A stretch of 64,000 nt of DNA from Bacteroidota bacterium (GTDB taxonomy: Bacteria; Bacteroidota; Ignavibacteria; Ignavibacteriales; Melioribacteraceae): positions 78,069 to 142,068 of the forward strand of contig JAHJUE010000014.1 of assembly GCA_018829205.1 (NCBI GenBank), in the 5' to 3' direction. This document shows, piece after piece, positions 47,484 through 56,840 of this stretch. The position numbers were made by a program, and so were the translations under genes. Position 1 is the stretch's first letter. Each line of letters starts with the position of its first letter. The notes beneath the pieces are model-generated. The model was not told the DNA's origin. It was given only the letters and a program-made list of their open reading frames with translations, and ran no database searches.

Positions 47484-49916
47484 ATGAAATCTCATTTTTT
47501 AATTTTTTCTAATTGGAAATTATTTATTCTTATATCGTTTCTATTAATATGCGGTACAATCCATTCTCAAGATTTTCATGGAAATTTTAAGTTGACAGGT
47601 ACTGTTGTAGATTCTGCAGCCGGCAGTGAGCTGGTTGGCGTTAACATACTTATTTCATCAAGAGCCGATAGTTTATTAATAACAGGAACTACAACGGATG
47701 AACATGGTTATTTTTCAGCTGAAAATATTTCTGAGAATAATGTTAGATTAAAATTTTCAATGATGGGTTATCAATCGAAGATTATAGACTCGGTTTCACT
47801 GGAGTCTGTTTCGAAAATTGGACTTATAAAATTAAGAGCTACCGATATATTACTTCCGGAAGTAGTGGTGAAATCTATTAAACCAATGGTTGAAATCCAT
47901 ATTGATAAACATATCGTAAATATTGATCAGGTCCCCGGCAATACTGGATCCTTGACTGAAGCTTTAAACAATTCGGGAGAAGTGCAAATTGATCAGGCTA
48001 CAAATGAAATTACGGTTCGCGGTGATGCCGTAAAAATTCAAATGGACGGTCATGATTTTAATATGCCGAATGATTTGCTTGCGCAAATGCCGGCCTCAAT
48101 ATTTGAACAGGTGGAAGTAATCCTTTCTCCTTCAGCTAAAGAAAGCGCCGAAGGCGGTGTATATATTATAAATTTAATTTCTAAGAAAACTATTTTAGAT
48201 AATTTAAATGCTTCTATAAGTTTTAACACCTCTACAAATAATAGAAATTACGGTGGGATAAATTTTAACTATAAAAAAAATAAATTAAATATTTTTTCGG
48301 CATTGTTCGGTTATTCCGGAAATTATAAATGGATCAGAAATTACGAACAGTTGAATTACAACAGCGTTAATTTATATCACCAGTTAAGCAGCGGTGAAGG
48401 AAATTCAAACGGGAAAAATGTTTATTTAAAACTTGGGTGCGATTACGATATTGATGAGAATAATCTTTTAACCCTATATGGAACATATAGTGAATATAAA
48501 TCGGACTATAATTCACAAAATATCCAGTATGTGACAGACAAATTTGACATGCCTTTATATTCTTATAATAATAATTCTAACGGCTTGTATAAGTTTAGAA
48601 ATACCTCAGTCTATTTGTTTTATAAAAAGAAATTTAAGAATAAGGGGAATGAATTAACATTGGACGCGCTTTATTATGATCAGGGAAATCCCTCAAACTC
48701 CGAACAATATATAAATTATTCAAACCGCCTCCCGCAAATACACAAAGATAAAATAGGAGAAAATTCTAATACTCTTATTCTTAAATTAGAATACAAGCAT
48801 CCGTCGGAAATCGGAGATTTTGAAACAGGTTATAATTTTACTTACAGAAATAGAGAGAACGAACTTAGTGCCTTGGATTTCTTAAATAATTCTGACAGCT
48901 GGTTCGACAGTATGAACTTAAGTAATTATTTTAAATATAAGGAAGACATTCACGCCTATTATATTACTTATTCCAAAAACTTTGGTAAAATTGGGATTAA
49001 AACCGGAATGAGACTTGAAAATCTACATACCAATGGTGATCAATTAACTACTAATGAAAATTTTTCTAAAAATTATTTCAATTTGTTCCCGAATTTTAAT
49101 CTTTCTTATAAATTAAATAATACCTTTCAAGTTGTTCTCAATATATTCCGCAGAGTTAGTTATCCAAGATTATACTATGTAAATCCTTTTAAACGTTATA
49201 ACGGGCCTAACAACTATAGCATGGGAAACCCGGAATTGGAACCTTATTTTCTTAATTCGTATGGTATAAATCTGTCACAATTTATTGACGCATATTATGT
49301 ATATTCAAACGGTTTATATAGTTCTATAAATTCGGTTATTGACGATAGTGTTTCTGTCAGTAAATATATTAATCTTAACACTAATAAAACTTACGGAATA
49401 GAATTTACACTGCCTTATTATAATAGTCCCGATATGCTGGTCAAACTTCCTGATTTCATAAGTACGCTTCGAATTCAATACAGTTATAATTACAGAATAC
49501 AAACCGGACAATATTTGAACGAGAACCTTAACTATTCCAGTAATTATCAATGGTTAAATGCAAGCATGGGACTTAAATTATGGTTTGATATAAACGCGAA
49601 TATTTCCTTCAGATATAACCCTAAAATTGAAAACGTAAGATTTAAAAGAGGAGAAGAGTCCTACTTATCGTTGTATCTTAGCAAGTCATTCTTTGAGAAT
49701 AAATTAAGAGTTAACATTTCAGTTAGAGACCTCTTGAATTCACAAAGATATTTATCTGAAACTTTTGGAACTGATTTCTATTCAAAAAGTTTGTCTGAAA
49801 CCTACAGAAGCAGAAGTGTTTCTATAGGTATTTCTTATATTTTTAATGATTATAAGGAAAGAAGAGACAGAAATATTGATGACGGCAGAGACGCCGGTGA
49901 AAACACAAATTTATAA
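47484..49916 (+). CDS. Outer-membrane beta-barrel receptor (CarboxypepD_reg-like N-domain plus a TonB-dependent-receptor-like barrel)
   Basis: Signal peptide. LTGTVVDSAAGSELVGVNILI...GYFSAENI...LKFSMMGYQS regulatory-like domain. Plug-like ITVRGDAVKIQMDG. Long Asn/Tyr-rich barrel. Confidence 0.7.
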   Translation: MKSHFLIFSNWKLFILISFLLICGTIHSQDFHGNFKLTGTVVDSAAGSELVGVNILISSRADSLLITGTTTDEHGYFSAENISENNVRLKFSMMGYQSKIIDSVSLESVSKIGLIKLRATDILLPEVVVKSIKPMVEIHIDKHIVNIDQVPGNTGSLTEALNNSGEVQIDQATNEITVRGDAVKIQMDGHDFNMPNDLLAQMPASIFEQVEVILSPSAKESAEGGVYIINLISKKTILDNLNASISFNTSTNNRNYGGINFNYKKNKLNIFSALFGYSGNYKWIRNYEQLNYNSVNLYHQLSSGEGNSNGKNVYLKLGCDYDIDENNLLTLYGTYSEYKSDYNSQNIQYVTDKFDMPLYSYNNNSNGLYKFRNTSVYLFYKKKFKNKGNELTLDALYYDQGNPSNSEQYINYSNRLPQIHKDKIGENSNTLILKLEYKHPSEIGDFETGYNFTYRNRENELSALDFLNNSDSWFDSMNLSNYFKYKEDIHAYYITYSKNFGKIGIKTGMRLENLHTNGDQLTTNENFSKNYFNLFPNFNLSYKLNNTFQVVLNIFRRVSYPRLYYVNPFKRYNGPNNYSMGNPELEPYFLNSYGINLSQFIDAYYVYSNGLYSSINSVIDDSVSVSKYINLNTNKTYGIEFTLPYYNSPDMLVKLPDFISTLRIQYSYNYRIQTGQYLNENLNYSSNYQWLNASMGLKLWFDINANISFRYNPKIENVRFKRGEESYLSLYLSKSFFENKLRVNISVRDLLNSQRYLSETFGTDFYSKSLSETYRSRSVSIGISYIFNDYKERRDRNIDDGRDAGENTNL

Positions 49917-50046
49917 TATATATATATAATTTTAACCGAACATTTGATTGGAGTAAATTATTAAATAATATTTAGTAGTGAATAAATTGTTGAGTATTAC
50001 ATCCAATAGTTTTGTATTTTAACATTTTTAAAATCCGGGATATTAA

Positions 50047-50805
50047 ATGCAGAAACTTTTTGATGATAGTATCAAACTTATTGAAAGCACACATAAATAT
50101 ATTTTAAAGCAGGAACCAAATTTTGAATTTACTTCATGCACCTCGTTTGCGAAGTATTTCTTTGAAACATTCGATACAATCGGAATCGCAAACAGGTTAA
50201 CCGAGACACATCCAAATTATATTCATTTAAGTCCGCAGGAATTAGTAAGCGATTGGGATAAAACCGCGAAAGAGGGAACCTTCATTCATAATGAAGTTGA
50301 AAACTTTATTAAAGAAAACATTAATCCTACCCACCCTAAAAGTATTCTTGCGGCCGAATGGATTAAGAAAAATATTATTGAAAAAGATAAATTCGATATA
50401 TTTTCGGAAGTAATAGTTTATTCTAAAGAACTCGCCCTCGCAGGTACAATCGATCTTCTTATTTACGACAGGGAAAATAATACTTATAAAATCCTTGACT
50501 GGAAAACAAATAAAAGAATTGATACGCAGTCGTTTAATAATAAATTGGGAAACCACGAAGCCAGTGCAAACTTAATGGACTGCAATTTTTCACATTATTC
50601 AATTCAGCTTTCACTATACCGCTACATTCTTGAAAATTATTACGGCCTGACTGTAACCGGTACGGCAATTTCGCACCTTATGGATTCGGGAATTCAATTT
50701 TATAAAACAGATTATCATAAAGCCGAAATTCAGATGATGCTGAAAGCCGATAGAACAGAATTGAAACAAAGATCTGAAGATTGTCTTACAACCGATTACT
50801 TATAA
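50047..50805 (+). CDS. PD-(D/E)XK nuclease superfamily protein (RecB-nuclease-like motifs, no Cas4-type cysteines)
   Basis: Motif order GTFIHNEVE, AGTIDLL, ILDWKTN (DxK), YSIQLSLYRY (QxxxY). Confidence 0.65.
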   Translation: MQKLFDDSIKLIESTHKYILKQEPNFEFTSCTSFAKYFFETFDTIGIANRLTETHPNYIHLSPQELVSDWDKTAKEGTFIHNEVENFIKENINPTHPKSILAAEWIKKNIIEKDKFDIFSEVIVYSKELALAGTIDLLIYDRENNTYKILDWKTNKRIDTQSFNNKLGNHEASANLMDCNFSHYSIQLSLYRYILENYYGLTVTGTAISHLMDSGIQFYKTDYHKAEIQMMLKADRTELKQRSEDCLTTDYL

Positions 50806-50856
50806 ATTAATAATCAATTAAGCAGGTTATAAAAGAGTATTTCCTAATTAATAATC

Positions 50857-52596
50857 TTAATGAGTTAAAGAAATATTTAACCTTTTCATTTTCCTCCATA
50901 AAGTAGAAGGATTAATTCTTAATTCATTCGCCGCTTTTGCACGGTTCCAATTATTCTTTTCCAAAACTGAAATTATCAAATCTTTTTCAGCGTCTTTAAA
51001 ACTTAATTTCGATTTCGAAGCGGTTATATCAGAGTTCACTTCGTTCTTTTCTCTTAATCTTTTGGGAAGACAATCAACTTGTATAATATCATTATTGCAT
51101 AAAATAAAACAATGTTCTATTACATTTTCCAATTCGCGTATATTGCCGGGCCAATCGTATTCCATTAGTATATCATAAGCGGGTGATGAAAATTGTTTTA
51201 TCTTTTTGTTAAACTTTTTATTGAACTCTTTAATAAAATGTGTTACTAACAAAGGAAGATCATCTTTTCTTTCTCTAAGCGGCGGCAAATTAATATTTAT
51301 TACGTTTATTCTGTAAAATAAATCTTCTCTAAACCTTCCCGAGGATATTTCATTTTCGAGATTTTTATTAGTAGCGGCGATTATCCTTGCGTCCATTTTA
51401 TATGTTTTATTTCCACCGACTCTCTCAAACTCCCGCGTTTCTAAAACTCGCAAAAGTTTTGTTTGAACTGCGGCGGAAAGGTCTCCAATTTCATCCATAA
51501 ATAATGTTCCGCCTTGCGCAAGTTCAAATTTTCCAATTTTGGTTTTAATTGCCCCTGTAAATGATCCTTTTTCATGCCCGAAAAGTTCGCTTTCAATAAG
51601 CGATTCAACGAAGGCGCTGCAATTAACTGTTATAAAAGGGCCGGGTTTTCTCGGACTATTAATATGAATTGCCCGTGCCGCAAGTTCCTTTCCTGTTCCG
51701 CTTTCGCCTGTAACCAATACTGAGCTATCTGTTTGCGCTACGCTTTCAAGGACTGAAATAATTTGTTTGATCTCTTTGTTTCTTCCAACAATGTTTTCAT
51801 ACTTAAAAAACTCGTTTAAATGAGCGGACAAATTTCTGATCTCGGATATATCAATAAACGTTTCGACTGCACCAATGTTCTCATTTTTGTTATTTAAAAG
51901 TATCCCGGAGTTTACGCGTATCGGAATGATTTTTCCTCCTTTATGAACTATTTCAAGTTCATTGCCTATCATAGGTTTTCCTTTTTGAAGCGTCTGTTCC
52001 ATGTGGCATCCGTTACGGCATAAAGATGAGTTGAAAATATTCCAGCATTTTTTACCTAATGCTTCGTTTCTTTTGTATCCTGTTATTTTTTCGGCAGATG
52101 TATTAAAAGAAGTTATATTCCACTCATTATCAATCGTAAAAGTTCCTTCAATATTGCTGTTGAAGATAGCGTCAAGTTTATTCTTCTGATCTATTAATTC
52201 TAAAGTTTTCTCTTCAAGCTCATCGGATAAATTCAGCATTTCTTTTGTATCCCGGAAAACAAAAACTACGCTTAATACATTCTTATCCTTAGTTATTGGA
52301 GTTATTGAAACAAGCACATTTTTAACAATTCCTTTTTTATCGATAATATTTATTGAAAGATTTGTAAATACCCGGTTGTTTTCAAGCGACTCGATTATAA
52401 AATTAATATCACCGGCGCTTCCGCCGAATAAAAGGGAAGCGTCAGCGCCGATAATCTCATCCTCGGCATATCCGCTGATTCTCGAAGCGGCTTCGTTAAA
52501 AACTATAATTTTTAAGTCCTTTCCTATAACTGCTATCCCGTCCGGGATTATTACCGCTTCCTTATTTTTATCAAAAATCTGCTGAACTTCTTTCAT
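50857..52596 (-). CDS. Sigma-54-dependent transcriptional activator with two PAS domains, an AAA+ domain and a Fis-type HTH
   Basis: Two PAS-like repeats ([18 protein letters not shown]; [18 protein letters not shown], followed by a Cys-rich [15 protein letters not shown]). [35 protein letters not shown]-terminal [27 protein letters not shown] at 52596 (MKEVQQ) preferred over the track start at 52659. Confidence 0.9.
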   Translation of the reverse strand: MKEVQQIFDKNKEAVIIPDGIAVIGKDLKIIVFNEAASRISGYAEDEIIGADASLLFGGSAGDINFIIESLENNRVFTNLSINIIDKKGIVKNVLVSITPITKDKNVLSVVFVFRDTKEMLNLSDELEEKTLELIDQKNKLDAIFNSNIEGTFTIDNEWNITSFNTSAEKITGYKRNEALGKKCWNIFNSSLCRNGCHMEQTLQKGKPMIGNELEIVHKGGKIIPIRVNSGILLNNKNENIGAVETFIDISEIRNLSAHLNEFFKYENIVGRNKEIKQIISVLESVAQTDSSVLVTGESGTGKELAARAIHINSPRKPGPFITVNCSAFVESLIESELFGHEKGSFTGAIKTKIGKFELAQGGTLFMDEIGDLSAAVQTKLLRVLETREFERVGGNKTYKMDARIIAATNKNLENEISSGRFREDLFYRINVININLPPLRERKDDLPLLVTHFIKEFNKKFNKKIKQFSSPAYDILMEYDWPGNIRELENVIEHCFILCNNDIIQVDCLPKRLREKNEVNSDITASKSKLSFKDAEKDLIISVLEKNNWNRAKAANELRINPSTLWRKMKRLNISLTH

Positions 52597-52789
52597 ATTA
52601 TTTCCTTTTAAAGTATTGCAAAAATATATAAAACATTGCATATCTGCAACAAGCCGCAATGAATATTGCGTAATTGCAAATTATATTTTATTAAGAAGCT
52701 TCTAAATAAGGCAAAAAAGCATTATTTATTCTGGAATGATTCTGGACTATTAATAGAAATTATACAATTCCTAATGGAGACCATTATAT

Positions 52790-53851
52790 ATGGCAAATAC
52801 AAATAAAGAATGGGTTAAGCAAAAAATCAAATTTTTCTGCAAAAAAATTGAAAAAGGAATTCTTGCTGATAAATCATTAAAGTGCCGGGTTGTATTTGGG
52901 CCCATACGTTCAAGAAGATTAGGATATGTACTTGGAATAAACAATGTAAAATCAAAAATCTGTTCTTATGATTGCATTTATTGTCCTTCGGGAAATACTA
53001 CTTGTTATTCTGTCTGCGCGAATTATTGTCTGTCGCCTTATGAACTTCATCTTTCAGTTAAAAATAAATTGGAAGAATTAAAGAAAAGTAACAAAAAAAT
53101 CGAGTACATAGTTTTTGCAGGCGGCGGGGAAGCAACTCTTGATTCCAGTCTATCAAAAGAAATTTCACTATTGCGTGAGTTTGGCTATAAGATTGCTGTC
53201 TTTACAAACGCATCTTTATTGTGGAATTACGACATTCAGGAAAACTTAATGTATGCGGATTATGTATCCGTTAAAATTGATACGGTTAATGATGATACAT
53301 GGATGAAGATAAACCGTCCGCATAGAAAACTGGACTATAATGTCATTCTAAACGGCATAAAAGAATTTTCACAAAAATTTAACGGTACCTTCGTAACAGA
53401 AACTACGCTTATTAAAAATCTAAATGATAACGCTGAAGAAATTGAAAATTTATCAACATATTTGAACTCTCTTAAACATGAAGCTTCTTATTTTATGACG
53501 CCAATTTACCCGCCGTCTGAAAGTTATGCCGAAAGTCCCGATAAAGAAATACTCGATCATTTATCCAAAATGATTAATGAAAAAGTAAATAAATCCGTAA
53601 TGCTGTGCTGTCCTAAAACAGAGGAGTTCTTTGCTACCGGTGATTTTGAAAATGAACTTTTGGGATTACTTTCACTTCATCCCGTAGGAGTTGAAGCCGT
53701 AAATCATTTTATTAAAGATAAAGTAGAGATAGAGAAGCTGAAGGATATGATCAAAAATAATGTGATAAAAGAAATAAACTTTAACGGCAAAAAATATTTA
53801 GCCGGAAAAGAGGACATAAATCTCAACATGCTTAACTATACTCATTCATAA
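52790..53851 (+). CDS. Radical SAM protein (paralogue 1)
   Basis: CxxxCxxC cluster motif CSYDCIYC (Cys58/62/65), preceded by FGPIRSRRLGYVLGINN. GGGEATLD and KINRPH motifs are shared with 61257-62192. Confidence 0.8.
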   Translation: MANTNKEWVKQKIKFFCKKIEKGILADKSLKCRVVFGPIRSRRLGYVLGINNVKSKICSYDCIYCPSGNTTCYSVCANYCLSPYELHLSVKNKLEELKKSNKKIEYIVFAGGGEATLDSSLSKEISLLREFGYKIAVFTNASLLWNYDIQENLMYADYVSVKIDTVNDDTWMKINRPHRKLDYNVILNGIKEFSQKFNGTFVTETTLIKNLNDNAEEIENLSTYLNSLKHEASYFMTPIYPPSESYAESPDKEILDHLSKMINEKVNKSVMLCCPKTEEFFATGDFENELLGLLSLHPVGVEAVNHFIKDKVEIEKLKDMIKNNVIKEINFNGKKYLAGKEDINLNMLNYTHS

Positions 53852-53861
53852 GAACTTAAGG

Positions 53862-54758
53862 ATGGATTCTAAAATGGTATTTGATCCTGCTTGTATACCG
53901 TGTATTATTAATCAGGCTTACAGTATTGCAAAAATTTTTACCAACGGCGATAAAGAAACACAATTAAACATTGTTAAAAAAGTCTGTGAAGAAGTCAGAA
54001 ATATTAACAGCGATTTTACCGCGCCGTTGTTTTCTAAAGTAATGCAAAAAATAGTTGAAGATAACCTGCGCGTTAAAAATCCATATCAGAATATAAAAGA
54101 AACAAATTTGGATGAGGCCGAAAATTATATTCCGTATTTGAAAACTATGTATGAGAATTCTGTAGACAAACTTGAGTTGGCTTTAAGAATTGCCATTCCC
54201 GGGAACATAATAGATTTAGGTGCTAATCCTAATTTTAATATTATAAATGAAGTTAATAAAATCACCTCCGACAATATTGATCTCTCTTCACTACAGAAAT
54301 TTAAAGAAGATTTGGTAAACTCCAACCTAATTCTCTATATAGGCGATAATTACGAAGAAGCACTATTCGATAAATTCTTATTGAACGAATTAAATCATAA
54401 AAGAGTTGTATACGCTGTCCGTTCAAAACCAATACTTAATGATATTACCATTGAAGACGCTTACAAATTAGGCATGGACAAAATTTGTGAAGTAATAGAA
54501 AGCGGCAGTACAATTGCCGGAACAGATTTAAGAGAATGCACTAATGAGTTTATGGATTTATATAAAAGCGCCGATATGGTAATATCAAAAGGACAGGGTA
54601 ATTATGAAACATTAATTGATGAGTCACGCCCCATCTATTTTCTTTTCAAAGTAAAGTGCGAGGTAGTGGCCCTGAGGTGCGGGGTTCAAAATGGTAATGG
54701 GGTACTTCTTTATAATAAAAAAGTGTTGAGAATTAAAAATGAAAAACTTCAATTTTAG
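53862..54758 (+). CDS. DUF89 / ARMT1-like (damage-control phosphatase family) protein
   Basis: N-terminal CIPCIINQ, GDNYEEALFDKF and KGQGNYETL motifs characteristic of DUF89. Confidence 0.65.
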   Translation: MDSKMVFDPACIPCIINQAYSIAKIFTNGDKETQLNIVKKVCEEVRNINSDFTAPLFSKVMQKIVEDNLRVKNPYQNIKETNLDEAENYIPYLKTMYENSVDKLELALRIAIPGNIIDLGANPNFNIINEVNKITSDNIDLSSLQKFKEDLVNSNLILYIGDNYEEALFDKFLLNELNHKRVVYAVRSKPILNDITIEDAYKLGMDKICEVIESGSTIAGTDLRECTNEFMDLYKSADMVISKGQGNYETLIDESRPIYFLFKVKCEVVALRCGVQNGNGVLLYNKKVLRIKNEKLQF

Positions 54759-55152
54759 CAGATACCTTTCAGTATTTCTTTGGCTTGTTGCGTTTCATTC
54801 TTTATGCGTGGGCGTTGGATTAATTGTTGTCCCATGCTCATTTATGCAGGACCTTGGTTACGGGATTTGTTCGGAAAGATTTTTCCGATCACAAGGGGGT
54901 GTATTTCATATTGTTATGGCTGTAGGATACTCAATGGCTGCATTCAATTCAAAACGGTTTGAGTGCCTCGTCATTTTTTCAGTAATCGTTAAATTTATCG
55001 CCGCTGTTTTTCTTTTCTATTATTACTTCATAATTAATCCATTAATTGTAATAATACTTTCCTGTGTTTCGGATTTAATAATGGGTGCTGCAATTCTATC
55101 TCTTTACTTGCTTTCAAAAAAAACAGAACAAAATTGGATAAAGAATGAATAA
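54739..55152 (+). CDS. Small integral membrane protein (about 4 TM helices), unknown function
   Basis: Hydrophobic helices. The ORF overlaps both neighbours (20 nt and 8 nt), consistent with co-translation in an operon. Confidence 0.5.
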   Translation: MKNFNFSRYLSVFLWLVAFHSLCVGVGLIVVPCSFMQDLGYGICSERFFRSQGGVFHIVMAVGYSMAAFNSKRFECLVIFSVIVKFIAAVFLFYYYFIINPLIVIILSCVSDLIMGAAILSLYLLSKKTEQNWIKNE

Positions 55153-56191
55153 TAAACTTCCATCTATTGTAATTACCGGAGCAAGCGGCTTTGTTGGGCG
55201 TTTTCTTCTGGAAAATGTAAGAGAAGAATTTAAAGTGTACGCTATTGCCCGGCGGTCAAGAAAAGAATCAAACATTCCGTACCACAAAAATATCCATTGG
55301 ATTCAATGTGATATCGCCAATAAGGATACGTTAAACGATGTCAAAAATTATATCAATGAAAATGGCGGCGCGGATTACTTGGTTCACCTTGCGGCTTTTT
55401 ATGATTTTACTTACATGGATAATAACGAATACAAGCGCACGAATATTGAGGGAACGTTAAACGTTCTAAAATTTGCAAAAGAATTAAATGTGAAAAGATT
55501 CATTTTTGCCAGTTCATTAGCTGCATGTAATTTCCCGGCCGACGGTGAAAAAATTTCCGAGACAACAAATCCGGAAGCTGAGTTTGCATATGCAAAAAGC
55601 AAAAGAATAGGTGAACAATATGTAAAGGAGTATTCAAAATATTTTCCTTGTTCCGTTGTTAGATTTGCAGCTATTTACAGTGATTGGTGCGAATACGCCC
55701 CGCTTTATAAATTTCTTTCAATTTGGCTTTCAAAAAAAATCGATTCACGACTTCTTGCGGGGAAAGGAGAATCGGCTGTTCCTTATATTCATGTGCAAGA
55801 TGTTATTTCACTAATTCGTATCATAATTAAAAACTCAAATAATCTTACTCAATTCAGCATGTATAACGGAAGCCCGGACGGCTCTGTTTCTCACAAGGAA
55901 CTATTTCTAATTTCAACGGCTTATTTCTTTGGGAAAAAGATAAACCCGGTTTTCATTCCCAAGTCCCTAACTTATCCGGGCTTATTTCTAAAGATGCTTT
56001 TAAAATACTCTCATCTCGTATGCGATGAGCCTCTTGAAAAATTCTGGATGATAAAATATATTGATAAAAAATTAGACGTTGATTCCAGCTTTACTCGTAA
56101 AGAATTGGCATGGGAACCCGCCCCCCGATACCATATTACAAGAAGACTTCTTTTTCTGCTTGAAAAAATTAAAAGTCATCCCGACGAATAG
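55145..56191 (+). CDS. NAD(P)-dependent epimerase/dehydratase-family (extended SDR) protein, ending at a TAG in frame with the next ORF
   Basis: Rossmann motif ITGASGFVGRFL and catalytic YAKSK. The stop TAG at 56189-56191 is followed by 37 sense codons in the same frame leading into the 56303 ORF. Confidence 0.8.
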   Translation: MNNKLPSIVITGASGFVGRFLLENVREEFKVYAIARRSRKESNIPYHKNIHWIQCDIANKDTLNDVKNYINENGGADYLVHLAAFYDFTYMDNNEYKRTNIEGTLNVLKFAKELNVKRFIFASSLAACNFPADGEKISETTNPEAEFAYAKSKRIGEQYVKEYSKYFPCSVVRFAAIYSDWCEYAPLYKFLSIWLSKKIDSRLLAGKGESAVPYIHVQDVISLIRIIIKNSNNLTQFSMYNGSPDGSVSHKELFLISTAYFFGKKINPVFIPKSLTYPGLFLKMLLKYSHLVCDEPLEKFWMIKYIDKKLDVDSSFTRKELAWEPAPRYHITRRLLFLLEKIKSHPDE

Positions 56192-56302
56192 CGGCTTAAA
56201 AACGAAGCGGTTTTACATCGTGTTGCGCGAAGAAACAACCTGATTATTTATGAAGCTTTAACCAAAAAGAAAGATGATATACTTCCGCTGATTATTGCCC
56301 AG

Positions 56303-56809
56303 ATGAACTCGCTCGAAAATAATTACAAATTTGAACGTTATAAAAAATTAAACGAAAAAGATTTTCAATGCTATATGAGCACTCTTTATCATCTGCTTAT
56401 GGCAACTGTTCGCAGCGGCGACCGCGGTCTCATGATTAAATACATTGACGATATTGCAATCAGAAGATTTGCGGAAGGATTTTTACCCGTTGAACTTTGT
56501 GAGACGTTAACAGTATTTAAAAATATTATAATCCGTGAGCTCTCGGCTATAAACGATTTTAAGAAGCTTGAACAGGAAATTTATGATTACATAGGATTAA
56601 CATTGCAGCTGGCCCAGGACGAAATAGAAGATTTATATGACAAACTCCTGAATCAAATTCCTCATGATAAAATTTCGGAGTCTCCTTTATTGCCCGACTG
56701 CAAAGAACTTCAGCGTATGATCAGGCAGCTTAGCGCGTTTTATCAAATTTCACCCGAAGACCGAAATACTTATGAGAACATGACAGAAAAAAATGAATAT
56801 ACCAGTTAA
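56303..56809 (+). CDS. Hypothetical helical protein, possibly the detached C-terminal domain of the upstream SDR
   Basis: Same frame as 55145-56191 with no intervening stop other than the TAG at 56189. No good RBS before the ATG at 56303. Confidence 0.45.
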   Translation: MNSLENNYKFERYKKLNEKDFQCYMSTLYHLLMATVRSGDRGLMIKYIDDIAIRRFAEGFLPVELCETLTVFKNIIIRELSAINDFKKLEQEIYDYIGLTLQLAQDEIEDLYDKLLNQIPHDKISESPLLPDCKELQRMIRQLSAFYQISPEDRNTYENMTEKNEYTS

Positions 56810-56840
56810 CTAAATAAAATTTAAAAGGAAAAAGAACAAA

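Noticed and set aside
47266-47484. 72-aa minus-strand ORF in the long intergenic gap
   Set aside because: The Leu/Phe/Arg-rich translation is typical of random AT-rich sequence. There is no RBS and no motif. It would overlap by 1 nt the divergently oriented start codon of the receptor gene at 47484.
49917-49928. (TA)6 microsatellite right after the receptor stop codon
   Set aside because: It is too short and compositionally expected in an AT-rich intergenic region. No evidence of function or phase variation.
52660-52789. Sigma-54 promoter for the radical SAM operon divergent from the PAS-AAA+ regulator
   Set aside because: I checked every TGG and every TTGC in the region on both strands. 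None has the GG-N10-GC spacing, so no promoter is claimed and only the repeat cluster is reported.
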